Shown here piece by piece: positions 29,043 to 38,952 of a stretch of DNA of 64,000 nucleotides. Every line of letters begins with the position of its first letter. The stretch's first letter is position 1. Made by a program: the position numbers and the translations under genes. Origin of the DNA: Tagaea sp. Its GTDB lineage: Bacteria; Pseudomonadota; Alphaproteobacteria; CACIAM-22H2. The notes below the pieces were generated by a model. The model was given only the letters and a program-made list of their open reading frames with translations. It did not search any database and had not been told where the DNA came from. Location of the stretch: the NCBI GenBank assembly GCA_041917215.1, contig JAYRYC010000002.1, forward strand, positions 337,334 through 401,333, in the 5' to 3' direction.

Positions 29043-30935
29043 ATGACCTCGACCAGTTCAGACGCGCCGGAAGGCGACAAACGCCTATTCGCGCTGGCCC
29101 TCGGTGCGATCGGCGTCGTGTTCGGCGATATCGGCACGTCGCCGCTCTACACGATGCGCGAGGCCTTCACCGGCCCGCACCCGATGGACCCCACGGTCGA
29201 ACACGTGCTCGGCGTGTTGTCGCTGATCGTGTGGACGCAGGTGATCGTCGTCACGCTCAAATACGTGACCTACATCCTGCGCGCCGACAACCGGGGCGAA
29301 GGCGGCATGTTCGCGCTGATGGCGCTGGCCATGCGCAAGGCGCCCGGGGGCACGCATCGCGGCGTGCCGATTCTGGCGGCGGGCTTGTTCGGTGCCGCGC
29401 TGTTCTTCGGCGACGCGGTGATCACGCCGGCGATTTCGGTGTTGTCGGCCGCCGAGGGCCTCAAGGTTGCCGCCCCCGATTTGGCGAATTTCGTCGTGCC
29501 GATCGCCTGCGTCGTGCTGGTCGCGCTGTTCGTGTTCCAGCGCAAAGGCACCGCGAAAGTCGGCGCGTTCTTCAGCCCGATCACCACGCTGTGGTTCGCG
29601 GTGCTGGGCGTGCTGGGCGTGATCTCGCTGATCAAGACGCCCGAAGTTCTGCACGCGCTGAACCCGTATTGGGGGCTGCATTTCCTCTATGCCGACGGGT
29701 TGCGCGGCTTTCTGGTGATGGGGGCGGTGTTCCTGGCGCTGACGGGGGCCGAAGCGCTCTACGCCGATATCGGCCATTTCGGAAAGCGCCCGATCCGTCT
29801 CGCCTGGATTTGCTTCGTCCAGCCGTGCCTCGTCTTGAATTATTTCGGCCAAGGCGCCTTGCTGATCCGCGAGCCCCAGGCGGCGTCCAACCCGTTCTAT
29901 CTGATGGTGCCGGATATCCTCCTGTATCCGGTCATCGCGCTCGCCGTCGCGGCGACGGTGATCGCGTCGCAAGCGGTCATCACCGGCGCGTTCAGCCTGT
30001 CGCGCCAAGCCGTGCAACTCGGTTTCCTGCCGCGTCTGGAAGTGCGCCATACGTCGGAAACCGAAATCGGCCAAATTTACGTGCCGCGCGTGAATTGGAT
30101 CCTGTGCGCCTGCGTGCTGGCACTCGTGATCGGTTTCCAGGATTCGAGCGCGCTCGCCGCCGCCTATGGCGTGTCGGTCTCGGGCGAAATGTGCGTCGCC
30201 ACGCTGATCGCCTATGTCGTCGCGCGCCATGTGTGGAACTGGCCGCGCTGGATCGCCGGCGGCATCACCATCGCGCTGCTGACGATCGATCTGACGTTCT
30301 TCTTCGCCAATCTCGCCAAGATCGTCGACGGCGGCTGGGTGCCGCTGGTGATCGGCACCGGCCTGTACATGATTTTCACGACCTGGAAACTCGGCCGGCG
30401 CATCCTGAACGAACGCCTGCACGAAGGCACGGTGCCGCTCGATCCGTTCATCGCGCGCATCAAGGACGGCAACCCGCCGCGCGTGTCGGGCACGGCCGTG
30501 TTCCTCACCGGCACGACGGACGGCGTGCCTTACGCGCTGCTCCACAACATGAAGCACAACAAAGTGCTGCACGAGCGCGTGGTGTTGCTGACGATCGTGA
30601 CCGAGCAGATCCCCGCCGTCGCCGACAAGGATCGGATCGAGGTGGAGGCGCTGGACAAGAATTTCTGGCGCGTCGTGCTGCATTACGGGTTCATGGAAGG
30701 GCCGAACATCCCGCGCGCCTTGCGCTTGGCGATGCCCTACGGCCTTAAATTCGATCTGATGGACACGTCGTTCTTCCTGGGGCGCGAGAATCTCGTGCCG
30801 AAGAACAAGCCGCTGATGCCGCGCTGGCGCGAGAAGCTGTTCATCGCGTTGTCGCGCAACGCCTACGCGGCCACGCATTTCTTCCGCATTCCGTCGAACC
30901 GCGTCGTGGAGTTGGGCACCCAAGTCGAGATATAG
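29043..30935 (+). CDS. kup: KUP/HAK/KT potassium uptake protein
   Basis: Start MTSTSSD (index 50 of ORF 28893..30935). GALGAIGVVFGDIGTSPLY N-terminal motif, 12 TM helices plus a cytoplasmic tail. Confidence 0.9.
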   Translation: MTSTSSDAPEGDKRLFALALGAIGVVFGDIGTSPLYTMREAFTGPHPMDPTVEHVLGVLSLIVWTQVIVVTLKYVTYILRADNRGEGGMFALMALAMRKAPGGTHRGVPILAAGLFGAALFFGDAVITPAISVLSAAEGLKVAAPDLANFVVPIACVVLVALFVFQRKGTAKVGAFFSPITTLWFAVLGVLGVISLIKTPEVLHALNPYWGLHFLYADGLRGFLVMGAVFLALTGAEALYADIGHFGKRPIRLAWICFVQPCLVLNYFGQGALLIREPQAASNPFYLMVPDILLYPVIALAVAATVIASQAVITGAFSLSRQAVQLGFLPRLEVRHTSETEIGQIYVPRVNWILCACVLALVIGFQDSSALAAAYGVSVSGEMCVATLIAYVVARHVWNWPRWIAGGITIALLTIDLTFFFANLAKIVDGGWVPLVIGTGLYMIFTTWKLGRRILNERLHEGTVPLDPFIARIKDGNPPRVSGTAVFLTGTTDGVPYALLHNMKHNKVLHERVVLLTIVTEQIPAVADKDRIEVEALDKNFWRVVLHYGFMEGPNIPRALRLAMPYGLKFDLMDTSFFLGRENLVPKNKPLMPRWREKLFIALSRNAYAATHFFRIPSNRVVELGTQVEI

Positions 30936-31204
30936 AGCGTGATTGGTAGGGAATGAATCGTCTGCGTTGGGTATCCGGCGTGTGCGATCCGCGCGGCACG
31001 ATCCGAAGCCGATAGTGGTTCTATCGGCGAGGATCGCAACAAAGCGGGCGCCCGCCGGAACCCAACCCGAAGGGCCGCGTTCTTTTGCGCCGCAGGGGCG
31101 TCGAAGGGCTCGCGCGTAGAACCACTACGCGACTTCGCCCTTCTCCTACCTGCATCGCAAAATTCCTGCGGCGCAGGCGGTCCATTCCCTACCAATCACG
31201 CTCT
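30934..31204. repeat. 271-bp nested inverted-repeat element (MITE-like or structured leader)
   Basis: Perfect 22-bp terminal IR AGAGCGTGATTGGTAGGGAATG (30934-30955) and its reverse complement (31183-31204). Inner 11-bp IR TGCGCCGCAGG (31086-96) / CCTGCGGCGCA (31165-75). Two local 7-8 bp hairpins (31008-31028, 31112-31131) whose 5-nt loops (UGGUU / AACCA) are complementary. Confidence 0.5.
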
Positions 31205-31231
31205 CAAAAACATATCGGGAGGAAAGTGCTT

Positions 31232-31879
31232 ATGAACGGTCCGGATCCGTCGCAAGTGTTTCCCTTCGGCAAGAACGCCAAGCACACGGCGTTTCTGAAG
31301 CCGCTTTTGGAAGCGAAGCCCACGCCCAATATCCGCGCGGGCGAATATTCCTATTATTCGGATTTCGACGATCCCACGCGTTTCTTCGACCGCAACGTCC
31401 GCTACAATTTCGGCATCTCGGGCGCCGAGCTCGTCATCGGAAAATTCTGCGCGATCGCGCACGGCGCCACGTTCGTGATGGCCGACGCCAACCACCCAAG
31501 CGTCGGCCCATCGACCTTTCCGTTCCCCGTGTTCGGCAACGGCTGGGCGGACGAAATGCCGGTCGAAAAAATGCCCGTGCCGTCCAAGCGCGACATCGTT
31601 CTCGGGCACGATGTGTGGATCGGGTACGAGGCGATGATCCTGCCCGGCGTCAAAGTGGGGACGGGGGCGATCGTGGGAGCCCGCGCCGTCGTCGCCAAGG
31701 ACGTGCCGCCTTATTCGGTGGTCGTGGGCAATCCCGCGCGCGTGGCCAAGCGCCGCTTCGACGAGGCGACGGTCGAGAAGCTGCTGGCACTCGCCTGGTG
31801 GGATTGGCCGATCGACCGGATCACCCGCGCCATTCCGTCGCTGCTGGCCGGAAAGGCGGATGACCTTCTGGCGTGCTGA
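31232..31879 (+). CDS. xenobiotic acetyltransferase, Vat/CatB family (hexapeptide-repeat)
   Basis: Start [10 protein letters not shown] (index 49 of ORF 31085..31879), SD GGGAGG upstream. [63 protein letters not shown] are typical of streptogramin-A/chloramphenicol acetyltransferases. Confidence 0.8.
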   Translation: MNGPDPSQVFPFGKNAKHTAFLKPLLEAKPTPNIRAGEYSYYSDFDDPTRFFDRNVRYNFGISGAELVIGKFCAIAHGATFVMADANHPSVGPSTFPFPVFGNGWADEMPVEKMPVPSKRDIVLGHDVWIGYEAMILPGVKVGTGAIVGARAVVAKDVPPYSVVVGNPARVAKRRFDEATVEKLLALAWWDWPIDRITRAIPSLLAGKADDLLAC

Positions 31880-31932
31880 CCGCAAGGCGGCTATTTTTCG
31901 TGCCGCCGACCATTCGGGAAAGGGAGTCGTCG

Positions 31933-32118
31933 ATGTCCGGTTTGCAGTCGTGGATTATTGGGATCATCGCCGCGCTGGTGGGGATCGTGGCGCTGTTTTT
32001 CGCCTCGGCCAGCCATGGCAGCGAGATGTATCCGGTCGCGCTGGTCGTCTTCGCGCTGATCGTCTTGTTCGAGTTCTGGCTGATCAAGCGCCATTTCGAC
32101 GCCCAGGAATCGCACTGA
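31933..32118 (+). CDS. small hypothetical membrane protein
   Basis: 61 aa from MSGLQSWII, two hydrophobic helices. Confidence 0.3.
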   Translation: MSGLQSWIIGIIAALVGIVALFFASASHGSEMYPVALVVFALIVLFEFWLIKRHFDAQESH

Positions 32119-32184
32119 TACCGCGAGTCCTCAGTTCGCCGAAAAAACCGCCAGCCGGTTTTTCTGGCGCGAAACCAAGCAGAG

Positions 32185-32225
32185 GGGGCGGGGGCCGTGG
32201 CTTCCGCCCTCTTTGATTCTAAAGG
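32185..32225 (+). terminator. rho-independent terminator candidate
   Basis: GAGGGGGCGGG...CCGCCCTC stem followed by TTTGATTCT. Confidence 0.35.
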
Positions 32226-32346
32226 GAAAAACCAACCCATTGGTTAATTTAACGATTTTACCGAATTTCTGACTCCCATCCGGCCAATCCCTGTGTTATC
32301 CCCACCGCACTTGCAATAAACCGCAACAAACAGGGGCGGCTTCGTA

Positions 32347-33471
32347 ATGATCGAATTGATCGTCGCTTTGGCGGTGGCTTCGCAGGTCGCGACCGATAAC
32401 GCGGCCCCCGCGATCCCGGCCCCGACGCAGATCGCCGCCGCGCGCGAGGCTCTGCCCGCCGGCGCCGAACGCGATCCGGAAGCCGCCGCGCCGAACGCCG
32501 CTCTCGATCCGGCCTATCTTCTCGACCCCAGCTTGCCCGTCACGTTCCTGGCGCCCGAAGCGGCGAAGGAAGAACCGCGCCGTCCGGCCGGCGCCGTCAC
32601 GCTCGGCCGCGCCATCGCCGGCGCGACCGGCCCCGAATCCGACGAAGCCTTCAACAAGGCGACGATGGGCGATTTCCGCGACGAAGGCCGCCAGGCCGCA
32701 CCGGAGTGGATGTCCGGCCCGCGCGCCAGCCAAAGCTTCGGCGAGGGTGCCGATCTGCGCACGCTGCAAGCGGTGGTGAAGCGCAGCGACACGCGCTATC
32801 GCGCCGCGAACCGCCAAGTGCGCCTCGAAATCTATCGTCCGGAGATGGACGGGCCGCGTCCGGCCGTTCTGCTGCTGCACGGGGCGTCGGGCATCGGCGA
32901 CGGTTCGTTCTATCGCGGTGCCGCCGAGATGTTCGCGAGCCAAGGTTATGTGGTCTACCTGCCGCATTATCTGGGCGAGCGGAACCGCAACCGTCCGCGC
33001 GGCAAGGCGCTGATTTCCGAATTCGAACAGCAGCACGATATCGTGCGCACCGCACTGGATCAGATGTCGCGCGACCGCGCGATCGACGCCAAGCGTATGG
33101 GCGTGTTCGGCTTCTCGCTGGGCGGGTTCCAAGCGATGGGCCTGTCGAGCCGCGATCCGCGCATCGCGGCCGTGGTCAACATGGGCGGCGGCATGCCGGG
33201 CAACGTGACGCCGCACACCACGCGTCTGGCGCCCACGCTGATCGTCCATGGCCGCCAGGACCGCACCGTCCCCGTCGCCCGCGCGCATATGACCCGCGAC
33301 GTGCTCAAGCGCCTGTCGGTGCCGTTCGAGTTCGCGTTGTTCCAGAACCAGGGCCATTTCTTCCGCGGCGACGCCAGCCGCGAGTCGATCGCGCGCTCGG
33401 TCGCCTTCTTCGACCGCTATCTGCGCGGTACGGAAGCGGTGGCGACGGGCGACCTGCTCGCGGGCATGTGA
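32347..33471 (+). CDS. alpha/beta hydrolase (dienelactone-hydrolase-like)
   Basis: LLLHGASG and nucleophile elbow GFSLGG. N-terminal Ala/Pro-rich region about 130 aa. Confidence 0.6.
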   Translation: MIELIVALAVASQVATDNAAPAIPAPTQIAAAREALPAGAERDPEAAAPNAALDPAYLLDPSLPVTFLAPEAAKEEPRRPAGAVTLGRAIAGATGPESDEAFNKATMGDFRDEGRQAAPEWMSGPRASQSFGEGADLRTLQAVVKRSDTRYRAANRQVRLEIYRPEMDGPRPAVLLLHGASGIGDGSFYRGAAEMFASQGYVVYLPHYLGERNRNRPRGKALISEFEQQHDIVRTALDQMSRDRAIDAKRMGVFGFSLGGFQAMGLSSRDPRIAAVVNMGGGMPGNVTPHTTRLAPTLIVHGRQDRTVPVARAHMTRDVLKRLSVPFEFALFQNQGHFFRGDASRESIARSVAFFDRYLRGTEAVATGDLLAGM

Positions 33472-33587
33472 AACGGCCGCGCCGGGTCCCTCCGGCGCAA
33501 TAAACCGCAATAAATCGTGTCGCGCGCGCCACAGTTCGGTGCCATCCTGATTCGACGCGCGGCACCCGTGCTAATCTGCACGGCGAA

Positions 33588-35252
33588 ATGTTCGCACCCC
33601 TCGTATTCCTGGCCGCAGCCCTCGCCGCCGCACCCGTTGCCGCACAGGCCGCGACCGCCGATCTGCGCCCCTATTTGCGCGACGGGCTGACGCGTATTTC
33701 TCTGCCGGCCGAACCGTCGGGCGACGCGCTGCAAAGCCTCTACGAAACCCGAAATTTCGAGCCGCTGTGGTTCGGCCCCGATGGCCCGACGGCGCGCGCG
33801 CTGCGTTTGACCGAAACGCTGGGGCGGGCCGCCGAATTCGGGTTGATCGCCGCCGATTATAAATTCGCCGATCTGGAGCGCTTGCGCCGGGCGAACGATC
33901 CGCAAGGTCTCGCCGAATTCGAACTCACGCTCAGCCGTTCGGCCGCGCGTTTCGCGGGCGATCTGGCGGGCGGGCGCGTCGCCTCCGTCGCGTTGCCCGC
34001 CGATGTGCGCATCGCACCGCGCGCGATCGATGCGGCTTCGGTGTTGCGCGAACTCGCGCGCAACGACGCGCCCGAAACCGTATTCGCCGCCTTGTCGCCG
34101 CAGGACGCGGAATATGCGGCACTGCTGCAAGCGCTCGCCGATCTGCGCGCGCTGAAAGCGAAGGGCGGCTGGCGCAATGTCGACCCGCGCGGCGGCACGC
34201 TCGAACCGGGCGCCGTCGATACGCGGGTACCCGCCTTGCGCAAGCGCTTGGCGGTGACGGAAGGGATCGCGCCCGAGCCCGAGGATCAGTTCGAGCTCGA
34301 GTATTACGGCTTCGAACTCGTCGACGCGGTCGTGCATTTTCAGCGCCGCCACGGTCTCGCCGCCGATGGGCGCGTGGGTCCGCGCACCTTCGCCGCGCTC
34401 AACAAGACGGTCGATCAGCGCATCGCGCAGATAGCCGCCAATCTCGATCGCTTGCGCGCGACCAACCCTCGCCCTGCCAAGGGCGCCTATGTCGAAGTCA
34501 ACGTGCCCGGATTCGAATTGCGCGCGATCGAGAACGGCGAGATCAAGCTGGAGATGGGCGTCGTCGTGGGCCGGGAGAAGCGCGCGACGCCGATCTTCTC
34601 GACCCGCATCACCGACATCATCTTCAACCCGACCTGGACCGTGCCGCTGAAGCTGGTGCGCGAGGATATGCTGCCGCGCTTGCGCGCCAATCCGCAGGCG
34701 CTGGTCGATCAGGGCTTCCGCGTCTATCGCGGCTGGGGCGACAATCGCGAGGAGGTCGATCCGCGCAAGGTGGATTGGCGCAAGGTCACGCCGCGCTCGA
34801 TGGGCTATTGGATGCGCCAGGATCCGGGCCCGAAGAACGCGCTGGGGCAGGTGCGCTTCACGATGCCCAACACCTACGACGTCTATCTGCACGATACGCC
34901 CGACCGGCATTATTTCGGCCGCGCCGATCGCGCCCTGTCGTCGGGCTGCGTGCGCTTGGAACGGCCGATCGATCTGGTCGAATGGGTATTGAGCCGCACG
35001 CCGGGCTGGGACCGCGCCGCGATCGACGCCGCCGACGCCGAAGAAGTCACCCGCAGCGTGCCGGTGCGGGGCGGGGCGATCCCCGTCCATCTGGTCTACA
35101 AGACCGCTTTCGTGAAAGACGGCGTGCTGAACTGGCGCGACGACGTTTACGGACTGGATGCGCTGTTCATCGCGGGCGTGGAGAAACGCCCTGTCGCGTC
35201 GCTCGCCCTGCCGCGCGAGGGCGCGATTCCCCCGCCGACCCTGGCGCCGTAA
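33588..35252 (+). CDS. L,D-transpeptidase (YcbB/LdtD-like) with PG-binding domain
   Basis: Signal peptide. HFQRRHGLAADGRVGPRT (PG_binding_1). YkuD domain with HDTPDRHYF...SSGCVRL (catalytic Cys). Confidence 0.8.
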   Translation: MFAPLVFLAAALAAAPVAAQAATADLRPYLRDGLTRISLPAEPSGDALQSLYETRNFEPLWFGPDGPTARALRLTETLGRAAEFGLIAADYKFADLERLRRANDPQGLAEFELTLSRSAARFAGDLAGGRVASVALPADVRIAPRAIDAASVLRELARNDAPETVFAALSPQDAEYAALLQALADLRALKAKGGWRNVDPRGGTLEPGAVDTRVPALRKRLAVTEGIAPEPEDQFELEYYGFELVDAVVHFQRRHGLAADGRVGPRTFAALNKTVDQRIAQIAANLDRLRATNPRPAKGAYVEVNVPGFELRAIENGEIKLEMGVVVGREKRATPIFSTRITDIIFNPTWTVPLKLVREDMLPRLRANPQALVDQGFRVYRGWGDNREEVDPRKVDWRKVTPRSMGYWMRQDPGPKNALGQVRFTMPNTYDVYLHDTPDRHYFGRADRALSSGCVRLERPIDLVEWVLSRTPGWDRAAIDAADAEEVTRSVPVRGGAIPVHLVYKTAFVKDGVLNWRDDVYGLDALFIAGVEKRPVASLALPREGAIPPPTLAP

Positions 35253-35288
35253 TCGTTACAGCGTGTTCCAGGATCGAATAAAATCATT

Positions 35289-35318
35289 TTGAAACAGCGG
35301 TTTGCCGGCCTGTTTCAA
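35289..35318. promoter_or_regulatory. 9-bp inverted repeat TTGAAACAG-N12-CTGTTTCAA
   Basis: Perfect IR between the ldt stop and the ycbK-like start. Weak terminator or operator candidate. Confidence 0.25.
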
Positions 35319-35395
35319 GATATTTCTTCGAGCTTGCCTCGGTAAAGTCAGATGTGCATTCTGCGCATATCTAGCCGAACGGGGACGCGCACACC

Positions 35396-36040
35396 GTGGA
35401 TTTCGACCTGCCCGACGACAATTTTCGCCGCCGCCTATTGATCGGCGGTTTGGCGGCCGGTCTGGTCAGCGCCGTTCCGGGGCTCGCCGAGGCCGCCGAA
35501 AAGAAGAAGGCGGCGGCCAAACGCACCGTCGCCGCCACGCCCAAGCCCGCACGCAATCTGGGGCCGCCCGCCGGCCCCGTGCCGCTGCGCCCCGCCGGTC
35601 AGCGGGCGTTGAGCCTTCAGGTCGTCAACACGGGCGAGCGTTTCGACGCCGTCTATTGGCGCGACGGCAATTACGTGCCGGAGGCGCTGCAGCGGCTGGA
35701 CCGCGTGCTGCGCGACCATCGCGCGGGCGTCGTCGCGCATATGGATCCGAAGCTTTACGACATTATGTGGGAGATGCAGCAGCGCCTGGACGTGTCGGAG
35801 CCGTGGCGCGTGATCTCGGCGTATCGTTCGCCCAAGACCAACGCGGTCGCGCGCAAGCATGGCGGTGTCGCGCGCAATTCCTTCCACCTCCACGCCCGCG
35901 CGGTCGATATCGATCTCGCGAGCCGTTCGACGCGCGCGTTGCGCCAAGTCGCGGTCCAGCTTCAAGCGGGCGGGGTGGGGCAGTATCCGCGTTCCGACTT
36001 CATCCATATCGATACCGGCCCGGTGCGCGTCTGGGGCTGA
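35396..36040 (+). CDS. DUF882/YcbK (MepK-like) M15-type peptidoglycan endopeptidase, Tat-secreted
   Basis: GTG start. Twin-arginine NFRRRLLIGGLAAG. SAYRSPKTN...SFHLHARAVDID is the DUF882 metallopeptidase motif. Directly downstream of the L,D-transpeptidase. Confidence 0.7.
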   Translation: MDFDLPDDNFRRRLLIGGLAAGLVSAVPGLAEAAEKKKAAAKRTVAATPKPARNLGPPAGPVPLRPAGQRALSLQVVNTGERFDAVYWRDGNYVPEALQRLDRVLRDHRAGVVAHMDPKLYDIMWEMQQRLDVSEPWRVISAYRSPKTNAVARKHGGVARNSFHLHARAVDIDLASRSTRALRQVAVQLQAGGVGQYPRSDFIHIDTGPVRVWG

Positions 36041-36104
36041 TCCTTGCGTCCGGGGTGACGCCGCGCTAAGCCATCACGGTCTTCCAACATCGGAGAGTTT
36101 TTCC

Positions 36105-36695
36105 ATGCGTCTCGAAGCGACCACCGCTCCGCTCGTCGACATCCTTTGGCCCGCGCGCGAGCGCGATCTGCTGCGCAAGGCGGCGCTCGTCGTGTTGGGA
36201 TCGGCGCTGCTCTGGGCGTCGGCGAAGGCGCAGGTGCCGATGTGGCCCGTGCCGATGACGATGCAGTCCTTCGTCGTGCTGGTGATCGGCTTCGCCTACG
36301 GCGCGCGTCTGGGCATGGCGACGGTGCTGTTCTATCTGGCGCAGGGCGCGCTCGGATTTCCGGTGTTCGCCGGCACGCCGGAGAAGGGCATCGGCCTCGC
36401 CTATATGATGGGCACGACCGGCGGCTATCTCGTCGGCTTCGTCCTGTCGGCGGGCCTGTGCGGCTGGCTTGCCGAACGGGGCTGGGGCACGAATCTTCCC
36501 TCGCTCGCGGGCGCCATGACGCTGGGCAGCTTGATCCTGTTCGTGCCGGGCATCCTGTGGCTCGCGACCTTCGTCGGCTTCGACAAGGCGATCGCGCTGG
36601 GCTTGATGCCTTTCGCGGCGGGAATCGTGGTGAAGGGCGCCTTGGGCGTCGCGGTCCTGCTGGCGGCGAACCGTCAGCTCGCGAAGAAGACCTGA
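36105..36695 (+). CDS. bioY: biotin transporter BioY
   Basis: Start MRLEATT (index 82 of ORF 35859..36695). ASAKAQVPMWPVPMTMQSF...MGTTGGYLVGF are BioY motifs. Confidence 0.8.
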   Translation: MRLEATTAPLVDILWPARERDLLRKAALVVLGSALLWASAKAQVPMWPVPMTMQSFVVLVIGFAYGARLGMATVLFYLAQGALGFPVFAGTPEKGIGLAYMMGTTGGYLVGFVLSAGLCGWLAERGWGTNLPSLAGAMTLGSLILFVPGILWLATFVGFDKAIALGLMPFAAGIVVKGALGVAVLLAANRQLAKKT

Positions 36696-36760
36696 AGCGT
36701 AACGAAAATTCCGCGCGATGCTCGGGAAATCCGAGCATTGCGCGCTTGAATTAATTCCAG

Positions 36761-36776
36761 GGTCTATCTATAGACC
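36761..36776. promoter_or_regulatory. 16-bp perfect palindrome GGTCTATCTATAGACC upstream of dctQ
   Basis: 7-bp arms with a 2-bp spacer, 74 nt upstream of the dctQ ATG. A second 14-bp imperfect palindrome at 36706-36746 (GCGCGATGCTCGG-GAAAT-CCGAGCATTGCGCG). Confidence 0.35.
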
Positions 36777-36849
36777 GGATTACCGTTGTCTTTGAGGCTC
36801 CGCAGAGGGCCCGGGACGATAGGGAGGCGCGTTTAGGAGGTTAACCGCA

Positions 36850-37404
36850 ATGGCGGGTTTGTTGGCGTTAAGCCGCGCGATCGATTGGGTAAATCTCAAG
36901 GTCGGGCGGGCGGTTTATTGGCTTGTGCTTCTTGCGGTTCTCGTCAGTTCGATCAACGCGACGGTGCGCTATGCGCTCCACACCAGCTCGAACGCTTGGC
37001 TCGAATTGCAATGGTATCTGTTCTCGGCGGTGTTCCTGCTCGCGTCGGGCTATACGCTGCTGAACAACGAGCATATCCGCATCGACGTGCTGGCTTCGAA
37101 CCTGTCGCGGCGCAAGCAGGTGTGGATCGATATCTTCTGCACGCTGACCTTCCTGCTGCCGTTCTCGCTGATCATCCTGATCCTGTCCTGGCATCCGGCG
37201 ACGATGAGCCTGATGTCGGGCGAGCAATCCTCCGACGCCGGCGGCTTGATCCGCTGGCCCGCGCGCTTCCTGGTGCCGATCGGCTTCTTTCTGCTGACGA
37301 TCCAGGCGATCTCCGAACTCATCAAACGCGTCGCCTTCCTGACCGGGCACGGTCCCGATCCGGCCGACCGTAAATCCGCGCACGGTCAAGAGGGACAAGC
37401 CTGA
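36850..37404 (+). CDS. dctQ: TRAP transporter small permease DctQ
   Basis: 184 aa, 4 TM helices. 1-nt overlap with the dctM start (TGATG). Confidence 0.85.
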   Translation: MAGLLALSRAIDWVNLKVGRAVYWLVLLAVLVSSINATVRYALHTSSNAWLELQWYLFSAVFLLASGYTLLNNEHIRIDVLASNLSRRKQVWIDIFCTLTFLLPFSLIILILSWHPATMSLMSGEQSSDAGGLIRWPARFLVPIGFFLLTIQAISELIKRVAFLTGHGPDPADRKSAHGQEGQA

Positions 37405-38927
37405 TGGTCGCGTTTCTGATCGAAAACATGGCGCCGTTGATGTTCGCGGCGCTCGTGTTCTTCCTGTTGCTCGGCTATCCGGTCGCCTTCGCGCTCGCCG
37501 CCAACGGTCTCGTTTTCGGCCTCGTGGGCATCGAACTCGGGTTGCTGCAGCCGATCTTGCTTCAAGCGTTGCCCGAACGCGTGTTCGGCATCATGCGCAA
37601 CGACACGCTGCTGGCGATTCCGTTCTTCACGTTCATGGGCTTGATCTTGGAACGATCGGGCATGGCCGAGGATTTGCTCGACACGATCGGGCAGTTGTTC
37701 GGGCCGATGCGCGGCGGTCTCGCCTATGCGGTGATTTTCGTTGGCGCGCTGCTTGCCGCCACGACCGGCGTGGTCGCCGCGTCGGTGATCGCGATGGGCC
37801 TGATCTCGCTGCCGATCATGCTGCGCTACGGCTACGACCGCCGGCTGGCATCGGGCGTCATCGCCGCGTCGGGCACGCTCGCGCAGATCATTCCGCCCTC
37901 GCTCGTTCTCATCATCATGGCCGACCAGCTCGGCCGCTCGGTGGGCGACATGTACGCGGGCGCGTTCATCCCGGGTATCGTCCTCGCGGCGATGTATGCG
38001 GGCTATGTGGCGCTGTTGACGATCTTCCGTCCGGAAGCCGCACCCGCCCTGCCGCTCGAAGCGCGCACGTTGCACGGCATGAAACTGTTCTGGCGCTGCA
38101 TCGTCAGCTTGGTGCCGCCGCTGGTGCTGATCTTCCTGGTACTCGGCACGATCTTCCTGGGCATCGCCACGCCGACCGAAGGCGGTGCGATGGGCGCCGT
38201 CGGCGCGCTGATCCTGGCGCTGATCAAGCGCCAGTTGTCCTGGAGCCTGATGCGTCAGGCGATGGATACGACCGCGAAACTGTCGTGCTTCGTCGTGTTC
38301 ATCCTGATCGGATCGACCGTGTTCGGTCTCGTCTTCCGCGCGGTCAACGGCGATTTGTGGGTCGAGCATCTGCTGCTGTCGCTGCCCGGCGGCCAGCTCG
38401 GCTTCCTGATCGTCGTCAACATCATGGTCTTCCTGCTCGCCTTCTTCCTCGACTTCTTCGAGCTGGCGTTCATCGTCGTGCCGCTGCTCGGGCCGGTCGC
38501 GGAGAAGCTGGGCATCAACCTGATCTGGTTCGGCGTGCTGCTGGGCGTGAACATGCAAACCAGCTTCATGCATCCGCCGTTTGGCTTCGCGCTGTTCTAC
38601 CTGCGCAGCGTGGCGCCGGCGAAGGAGTACATCGACGTCGTCACCAAGAAGCTGATGCAGCCGATCACGACGATGCAGATCTATTGGGGTGCGGTTCCGT
38701 TCGTCTGCATCCAGATCATCATGGTCGGTCTCGTCATCGCGATCCCGGAGATGGTGACCTGGTCGCTCGACGCGCCCTTCGCGGGCGACATCGATTCGAT
38801 CGAAATTCCGCCGCCGACGGTCGAGGAGGGCGGGCCCGCCGCCGATCCGGCGGCGAACAATCCCGCCGACCCGGCGCAGGACGAGACGCCGGAAATCGAT
38901 ATGGAGCCGGAAGAAGAATCGAACTGA
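37404..38927 (+). CDS. dctM: TRAP transporter large permease DctM
   Basis: 507 aa polytopic protein, DctM family, with an acidic C-terminal tail. Confidence 0.9.
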   Translation: MVAFLIENMAPLMFAALVFFLLLGYPVAFALAANGLVFGLVGIELGLLQPILLQALPERVFGIMRNDTLLAIPFFTFMGLILERSGMAEDLLDTIGQLFGPMRGGLAYAVIFVGALLAATTGVVAASVIAMGLISLPIMLRYGYDRRLASGVIAASGTLAQIIPPSLVLIIMADQLGRSVGDMYAGAFIPGIVLAAMYAGYVALLTIFRPEAAPALPLEARTLHGMKLFWRCIVSLVPPLVLIFLVLGTIFLGIATPTEGGAMGAVGALILALIKRQLSWSLMRQAMDTTAKLSCFVVFILIGSTVFGLVFRAVNGDLWVEHLLLSLPGGQLGFLIVVNIMVFLLAFFLDFFELAFIVVPLLGPVAEKLGINLIWFGVLLGVNMQTSFMHPPFGFALFYLRSVAPAKEYIDVVTKKLMQPITTMQIYWGAVPFVCIQIIMVGLVIAIPEMVTWSLDAPFAGDIDSIEIPPPTVEEGGPAADPAANNPADPAQDETPEIDMEPEEESN

Positions 38928-38952
38928 GACGCGTTCCGGCGCCAAAGAAAAA

